DNA of 64,000 nucleotides, taken from Eledone cirrhosa. Taxonomy: Eukaryota. The stretch lies in contig OZ024743.1 in the NCBI GenBank assembly GCA_964016885.1, positions 355,074,001-355,138,000 of the forward strand. Direction: 5' to 3'. Made by a program: the position numbers and the translations under genes. Shown here piece by piece: positions 56,260-64,000 of the stretch (position 1 is the stretch's first letter; each line of letters opens with the position of its first letter). The notes under the pieces are model-generated. The model was not told the origin of the DNA. It searched no databases and saw only the letters and a program-made list of their open reading frames with translations.

Positions 56260-56593
56260 TTTTGAGTTTATGTTGGCTGTATACCAACACCTCAGTATGC
56301 AGGCTGGAGCACTCGACGAAGTGCGCAGGTTGGTTTGGTTACTCCGGAGTAGTGTAAAATAAAGTTAAATAAAAGTCAAATGATTAAAATTTAGCTTCGT
56401 TTATTACTGCTATATATATTTCACTGACAGCCATCTTTGGCTGTGACCTCTTCAGGCAGTTTGAATTAGTATGGTATAGACAAGTACATATGTTGTTTAG
56501 GTGTATAATATTGTCAATACTCTGATATGCCCAGTTCCTTGTTTGGTTGTTAATTCACTGGGGAACTGGAGTCATATGAATTCAAACGAACGA
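56260..56593 (-). mobile_element. Solo family-C pLTR with HHR at 56406-56460
   Basis: Near-identical to 48797-49092 and to the reverse complement of 51503-51737. Confidence 0.88.
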
Positions 56594-56707
56594 ACGTATA
56601 TATGTATATATATGTACGTGGGCATGTATAAATATTTGTATATATACATATATACAAGCATACATAAATATATATGTGTTATATGTATGTACTTGTGTAT
56701 GTACTTG

Positions 56708-56767
<60 letters not shown>

Positions 56768-56778
56768 CACGAAAATAG

Positions 56779-56860
56779 ACTTTCCTGACGACGGAATGCT
56801 TTTCTATATCTTCTTCGGAAAATATATTTACTCCATTCCAGAAACTAATTAGTTGGAAGT
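56779..56860 (+). ncRNA. Type I hammerhead ribozyme in a ~146-bp (TA)n-flanked insert (56765-56911)
   Basis: ACTTTC-CTGACGA-C-GGAATG...CATTCC-A-GAAACT-AATT-AGTT-GGAAGT. Confidence 0.75.
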
Positions 56861-56905
56861 GATATTTTAGTAAGTAAGTTAATTTTATAATTTTCTTATT
56901 TTACG

Positions 56906-56960
<55 letters not shown>

Positions 56961-58913
56961 AAGTTGACGGGACTAGCATGGGTTTCACTGCCAGTACCTG
57001 TTGCATCTCAGCGTACTCAATAGGTAGTGTTATGTAAAATCCCAGAGTAGACACATAGTTATTCGCTTCAATGCAACACACGTAAATGGGTACCTTCTAT
57101 CTATACCCGTACTCGATTGTCGGCCACACTTAATGCAGCAATAGAGTGCACAGTTTCTACTGTCTGCATCCATTTTGCAACAATGCACAATCGGCGCATG
57201 TGGTTTCATCAGTGGGTTTTGCCTAATCGATAACCAATCGATCGACAGAATTCGATTCCAGTCCGTGTCGGCTATGACAGTGAATGTGACGGTCAACACA
57301 GCAAAACATTGACAACTGTTATTCCTACGCGTCATCACAATGCCGTCAACCGATTCGCTATTGGTTCAGAAATTTACGTGACGGTAGGAGACGAAATAAA
57401 ATAAAACCACTCCTGGCATAAACACTCAGCCAACTTATCTCAAACAGAATATATATACATATATATACAAGTCTCTTTTTTTATCTATCTATCTATCTAC
57501 CTATGTGGTTTGCGGTTTTATCTCATTGTACTGCATTTGGAATGAATGATTTCTACCACAATATTCAGGACAGGGAGAGTTGACAGGTCTGGTGTTGTAC
57601 GGACTGAACGACACAGTTAATATAGGTTGCAACACTAATAATGTTGATTTTTGGCTGTATGAAGAAATTGAGTTTACGAGCTTGATTACCTATACGTTTC
57701 TTTCGGTCATTATTGGATTCTAAATGTAGTACATAAAAAGACAGGTAGTACATAAAATCACATGGTTATTATCGGTACAGTCCCACTGCATGGTACTGAG
57801 TAAAGTATTCTTCTATAGCTTTGGGTTGAACAACGCCTAACAGTGAAATTGTGTATACGAAAACTGTGTGAAAATCAGTCGTAGATGTATTACACTGGTT
57901 AGCAGAAAAACCATCCTTCGGGTGATTTTCTGCCAGCATGTGTAGTGTGCATATTGGTATTATACGCAAATATGTAGATATGTCTCGTCGAATAAAATAG
58001 TAATTGACATTATGCACAGAAATTGAAGACGGACTGTGTTACACTGTCTTCTGTAATCAGTAAAGTAATCCATGATACATTTAAAAATGACGAGACTATA
58101 TATAAACTGCATTACGGTGAAATGTAATGAAAACGAAAAAGGAGAAAATTAGCGACGGAAATATAAACGTTATGATATAACGATGAAAATATATGAACGT
58201 TTATATAAGCGATGTGATATAGCATACGTTATATCTTAACCGGAAGTATTGACATTTGAAAATGTTAAAAGAAGTCAATCTTAAAATAAGCAATCATTAT
58301 GTATAAGAATATTTATGTTTAACCAACAACTACGAAATTTAGTACATAAATTATGTAATATTCATTCATTATTTATTCAAAGTAATCCAACTTATTTTAC
58401 TAACGGGATAAAAAAATTATATTCAGGACACAGTCCCGCACTCCTCTATTATATTATGATTACTTAGTCCTTAACTTCTAGTGTAGAAGTGCCGTCGTCA
58501 CATACGACGTGTCTGAGGCACTGTAAACTTGCTGGAGTCAATTACTCTGCAGGTTAACTTACATACACATCCACACATAATATTGATTCTTTTACTGGTT
58601 TCAGTAATTAGGCTGTAGATATGGGGGTATCCAATCATTTAGTCAATGATAACAGTCCTATTATCGATCTATTTTTTCTCAAACCTCCAGGTTATGGGAC
58701 AACTGGTCATAAACAAACAATAACCGTAAATAAAAAATGTCGCATGCGTGCGCACCCACAAATACACATATATGTATGTAAATGCAACGCGTCACAACAC
58801 AGCTTCCGGTTACAACATTTTACAAGGTAATAGTCAACCCAAGGCAATAGTAAAACACATGTCTTAAATAGTAGAAAACACTTCGCAACACAACGGCTAT
58901 TCCCGCGCTATGT

Positions 58914-59023
<110 letters not shown>

Positions 59024-59468
59024 ACGCATACTGATTTCATCCGCCTAAAATAAGGGTTGCCTCCCTTGCCGAGCCCCACATGGGGTCGGTAACGGTCATT
59101 CCTTAAATTAGCACTCGAACTAAAACCTGTTGAAAAAGTGGCTTGCTTGTTCAATCATCTTACCATAAGCCTAACATTATTTGTGTAAGCCGACAGTACT
59201 TGATTTAGGAGTCGCAGAAACTCAAATGCTGGATTTTACCAACCATCCAGGGGTCCGGGTAAATTTTCAATCACATATATTTTTATTTGTTTGACCCGAA
59301 TTACTTCGTTGTTTTTATTGCTGTGCGGGTGATTGTTTAACCACCGTCTCAGTGTGTTTGGCCTTTAACGTATGCTGTAGCTCTGGTTCATCTGAATCAT
59401 TGAGCGCTTGACACATATCTTGGAAGTTGTTTTTCGTTAATTCCTAAGCCGAAATACGATTCTCGCTA

Positions 59469-59527
<59 letters not shown>

Positions 59528-59543
59528 ATCTAAGAACTGACTA

Positions 59544-59599
59544 ACTGCCTGATGAGGTCATAGCCATTTAATGGTTATCATCGAAATATATATAGTAGT
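59544..59599 (+). ncRNA. Type I hammerhead ribozyme in a ~122-bp (TA)n-flanked insert (59523-59645); diverged relative of family C
   Basis: ACTGC-CTGATGA-GGT-C-ATAGCCAT-TTA-ATGGTTAT-C-ATC-GAAA-T-ATAT-A-TA-GTAGT. Confidence 0.85.
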
Positions 59600-59660
59600 A
59601 AATAAATGATTATGAGTTCATGCAATTGACTTATGTTTCGTCCCTATATATATATATATA

Positions 59661-59760
<100 letters not shown>

Positions 59761-60152
59761 CACAGACAGAGAGAGAAAGAGAGAGAATGCTTGGGTGTGC
59801 AAGTGCGGGTGTATTTTTGTTGGCATCGTTAACCAGTTTCCTTGGTTGATGGCCCACCACCTAGCGGTTCGACAAGCAGAAACCATGTGACTAACTCTTT
59901 TTAAATAGTTCCTCCGTATAGTCTCATTCCAGTGACAGAAACGAGAAAAACTGAAATAGTTGGGGGTTTTTTTAGGAGACAAAACTGTTGGAATGTTGTA
60001 AAGGTTTTAGAATAATCTTTAAATTCTTTTGAAAATTATTCATCATTTGAATACTGTCCGTCTTTCTGTTCTTTTTATCCATTGTCTTTGTCCTGTGCGC
60101 CCCCTATCTTGGATTCATATTCTAAAGGCTTAGCCATGCTGGTATTTTTTAA

Positions 60153-60267
<115 letters not shown>

Positions 60268-60379
60268 CATATATATATATACATATATATACATATATAT
60301 ATATATACATTTATATACATATATATATATATATATATATAAGTATATATATATATGTATATATGTATATATATATATG

Positions 60380-60413
<34 letters not shown>

Positions 60414-60544
60414 TATATATACATATATATATACATATATATGTATATTTATGCCTATATTTCTCTCACTGTTCCTCTATATCTTTTACCATACAGGCAC
60501 ACACATACATACACACACATACACACACACGCGCATATACATAC

Positions 60545-60594
<50 letters not shown>

Positions 60595-61189
60595 GGTGGG
60601 GGTATATATATATATATGTGTGTGTGTGTGTATTATGCATAAAGAACTAATAAGGAAATTTAATGGTAATGATCAAGCGGGGGGAATGCTGCTTCAATAT
60701 GGCATAACGTTTATTCTCGATATATATAATTATATATATATATATATATATAAATATATATATATATAAATAAAATATATGTAAATATATAATATGTATA
60801 TATTCAAATGTTCAATGACATACACTTGCACGTTTCACTAGCTATTAGATCGATTAGATGTACAGAGAGTGAGTGAGAGTGAGTGGGAGAGAGAGAGGGG
60901 GAGAGAGATGGAGCGAGAGAGAGGGGGGAGACAGGGGTGTGAGAACGAGAGAGAGCAAGAGGTTTGGTAAAAGAAGCAGAAAGAGAAAGAGACTGTTGGT
61001 AAAACATTCCAGGAGATAGAGAAGTAGAAGCAACTGATCAGTAGATTGACAATTCGGTGAGGAATAGGTTGAGGGGTGTAATTTACCGAGGTCTTAAATA
61101 ATTCGTATTTGTGAATTTATGAACAATTGCAGTTAAGTACTTACCTATATGTCTGTATGTCAGTTGTTTGTGTGTATATACACACACAC

Positions 61190-61232
<43 letters not shown>

Positions 61233-61423
61233 GGTTTGAGGTTCACCACTGTATAGAGCTGGTCTATTCCGTATGGTCAATCGTAATGCAACAATATAGA
61301 GAGTACTCAACGTAAAGCAGTTCAATCGTCTTTGTTTTTGTAGTTGGTGGTGCTATTACGGAGTTAAATATTATAATGAAATGACAGGAGGCTGGATTTG
61401 TGTAAATCCTTGAAAGGTTTATT

Positions 61424-61481
61424 ATACTATGATCATTTCAATGACCGGGTTCCGTATGAATCCGGTGATATCATCAGGTAT
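61424..61481 (-). ncRNA. Type I hammerhead ribozyme (family D)
   Basis: Reverse complement of 62992-63049. Confidence 0.75.
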
Positions 61482-62991
61482 TCGAAATATAATACGTGAA
61501 TGTAATAGAAGTTATTTGAATGTCTAATCTTCAATTTTCCGTTTGTTCAATTCTCAATCCTCTTACTCCTTAGTTTCATAATGTTATTCTGAATTCTTTC
61601 AACTTCATCCGATAGAGTTAAGCAAAATTCTAAAGTTCCAACTTTCTGTCGGACCGTTGGGTGGGTTTTGGCGGCGGCGCGACCAGCTCCCAGGCGAACG
61701 GGCTCACCTGGAGTGCTTGGAAAAATAAATTCCCCTTCTTTCAGTAAATGAAAATACTCGGCGTGGCTTAATTAGCCATGGGGCCTGGGACGCGGCCGGT
61801 GTTTTAACCGCCAAATAGTACCTTTAAATTACGGAACAAATCGGAACTATTATATATATCAACCTGAAACTGTTGAGCTTTAAGTTTTCTAACCTCTTTA
61901 ATATGGAATATTGATTATTAATTTATTAATTTTTTAACTTCATCCTATAAGTCTAAACATTGTAACACACTGACCCCCAATATATTCACCTCTGCTAAGA
62001 TGCGAGTCCCTGTGAAAATTTTGTCGCGCCACTCCTGGCCCGACTGTGGTGTGACATTAATATCGACCTTCCTTCCTCTCTCTTTCTATCTTCCTTCTTG
62101 TAGCTATCAACCATTACTCTTTTACTTCTCTAAGCTAAATTTTAAAGTTCCAACTTTCTGTCGGACTGTTGGGTGGGTTTTAATGGCGGCGCGACCAGCT
62201 CCGTGGCGAACGAGCTCACCTAGAGTGCTTGGAAAAATAAATTTCCCCTTCTTTCAGTAAATGAAAATACTCGGCGTGGCTTAATTCGCCATGGGGCCTG
62301 GGGCGCGGCCGTTGTTTTAACCGCCAAATAGTACCTTTAAATTACAGAACAAATCGGAACTATTATATAATTAATTGTTAAACTGTTGAACTTTAAATTT
62401 TCTAACCTCTTTAATATTGAATATTGATTATTAAATGTTTTTAACTTCATCCTAGAAGTCTAAACACTGTAAAACACTGACTCCCAATATATCCATCCCC
62501 GCTAAGATGCGGGTCCCTTTTGAACATTTTCTCGCGCCACTCCTGGCTTGACTGTGGTCTGACATTAATATCGACCTTTCTTCCTCTTCCTTTCTATCTT
62601 CCTTCTTGTAGCCATCAACCCTCACTTTTCTACTTCTCTCCTCCTCCCTGCAGACTTATCTTCCTTCCCCCTCTTGCTTGCCTATATCTGACCAGTAGTA
62701 GTTACCTTCCTCTTTTAGCTGACATTAACCCTGACTTCTCTTCTTCTTTCCTCCCCCTTCTTCTCCTTCCTTTCTTTCTTTCTTTTACCTTGTGTCATGG
62801 GATCGACGTTAACCTATGCTCCCATCTCTTTCTGTTTTCGTTCATCTGACCGGTAGTAGCATACTATAAAATTTAGCCACGTCACTCCAGGGCGACCGGC
62901 TGAGGTTGAAGGAACAGAATAGCGGTCGCCCTCGGGTCTCGATTTTCAGCCCCATGGATTTTACCTATTACATTCACGTATTATATTTCGA

Positions 62992-63049
62992 ATACCTGAT
63001 GATATCACCGGATTCATACGGAACCCGGTCATTGAAATGATCATAGTAT
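62992..63049 (+). ncRNA. Type I hammerhead ribozyme (family D)
   Basis: ATAC-CTGATGA-TAT-C-ACCGG...CCGGT-C-ATT-GAAA-T-GATC-A-TA-GTAT. Confidence 0.75.
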
Positions 63050-64000
63050 AATAAACCTTTCAAGGATTTACACAAATCCAGCCTCCTGTCATTTCATTAT
63101 AATATTTAACTCCGTAATAGCACCACCAACTACAAAAACAAAGACGGTTGAACTGCTTTACGTTGAGTACTCTCTATATTGTTGCATTACGATTGACCAT
63201 ACGGAATAGACCAGCTCTATACAGTGGTGAACCTCAAACCTGAATAAATAACGCTCCTGAAATGTTGAGCACTTCAAAATGTAATAATCAACAGCGGCAT
63301 GGGACTGAATATCTCTAACCACAATTCGAACTTTGGCTACCCGGTGCTTTCGCCTGGCCCTTTGCTACTCCCCTCACAGAATATCCGAACCTCGACGAAA
63401 CTCCACGGACTGGACCATAACATGTATTGTACTGCACTGAATTAACTAAATGGCTACCCTATACTTCTGGGCATGTATAACTCACACTGAACTCCCAGAC
63501 TCGAACACGCACTGTTTCCACATCTATATGCATTATCGGACTGCAACTTGAACTATATTGTATTTCTCCTGTGTCTTGAACTCTCCATTTAATAGACAAC
63601 GACTCTTGTTTGTTTATTTATATCTTTACATCTTTATTTGCTGTATTAATGCTCCTCCACGTATTCTACCTCTATACATCCATGTACTTTCTACTTCCCT
63701 TATTCGGACTTTTACTCGCGTGTACCCTCAGCACACGTCACTGGAATATTTCCCCCTGGGAACATAAATACCGCAACCCGAACTATATTGTATTTCTCCT
63801 GTCTCTTGAACTCTACATTTACTAGACAACGACTATTGTTTGTTTATCTATATCTTCACATCTTTGTTTGCTGTATTAATGTCCTGATTTCTCCATCTTA
63901 CTCCAACACCACTCTTGTTGGTTTATTTACATGTTTATACCTATATATTGATATGTTTATATATTTATACCTCTGCTGTACCAATGTGCTCTTCCACGTA

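Larger units (their letters stand above)
61229..64000 (+). mobile_element. Non-coding HHR element (family D): 280-bp inverted pLTRs (61229-61508 / 62965-63244), ~510-bp internal tandem duplication, next unit runs off the window
   Basis: Arms near-identical; 61631-62130 repeats at 62143-62640; homologous to 37531-39920. Confidence 0.82.

Noticed and set aside
57565-58017. Two in-frame minus-strand ORFs in unique-looking sequence
   Set aside because: Separated by two stops; no recognisable domain

Overview
Eukaryotic, AT-rich, microsatellite-saturated non-genic DNA. The SINE families and repeat density suggest an octopus or other cephalopod genome (inference). No intact host gene was recognised, and most listed ORFs are (TA)n/(CA)n/(GA)n translation artefacts. 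The window holds decayed mobile DNA: Penelope-like elements (PLEs; RT thumb + GIY-YIG), about 19 copies of one tRNA-derived SINE, a DD37D (maT) Tc1/mariner with intact TIRs, mariner, pogo/Tigger-like, Helitron, RTE, Tx1-like, CRE-like and R4-like fragments. The most notable signal is not in the ORF track: about 12 type-I hammerhead ribozyme (HHR) motifs with a full CTGANGA...GAAA core and several core variants, from at least 6 sequence families. They sit in PLE pseudo-LTRs, in a roughly 2-kb non-coding HHR-bounded (retrozyme-like) element, and in 120-150 bp HHR-only inserts in (TA)n. Several unrelated families share a stem II of 3 bp, a C.C (or C.U) mismatch, then a helix. Many inserts are fold-back structures, giving a dense palindrome cluster at 41.4-47.1 kb. 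All calls were made by eye; no database search or folding program was run.
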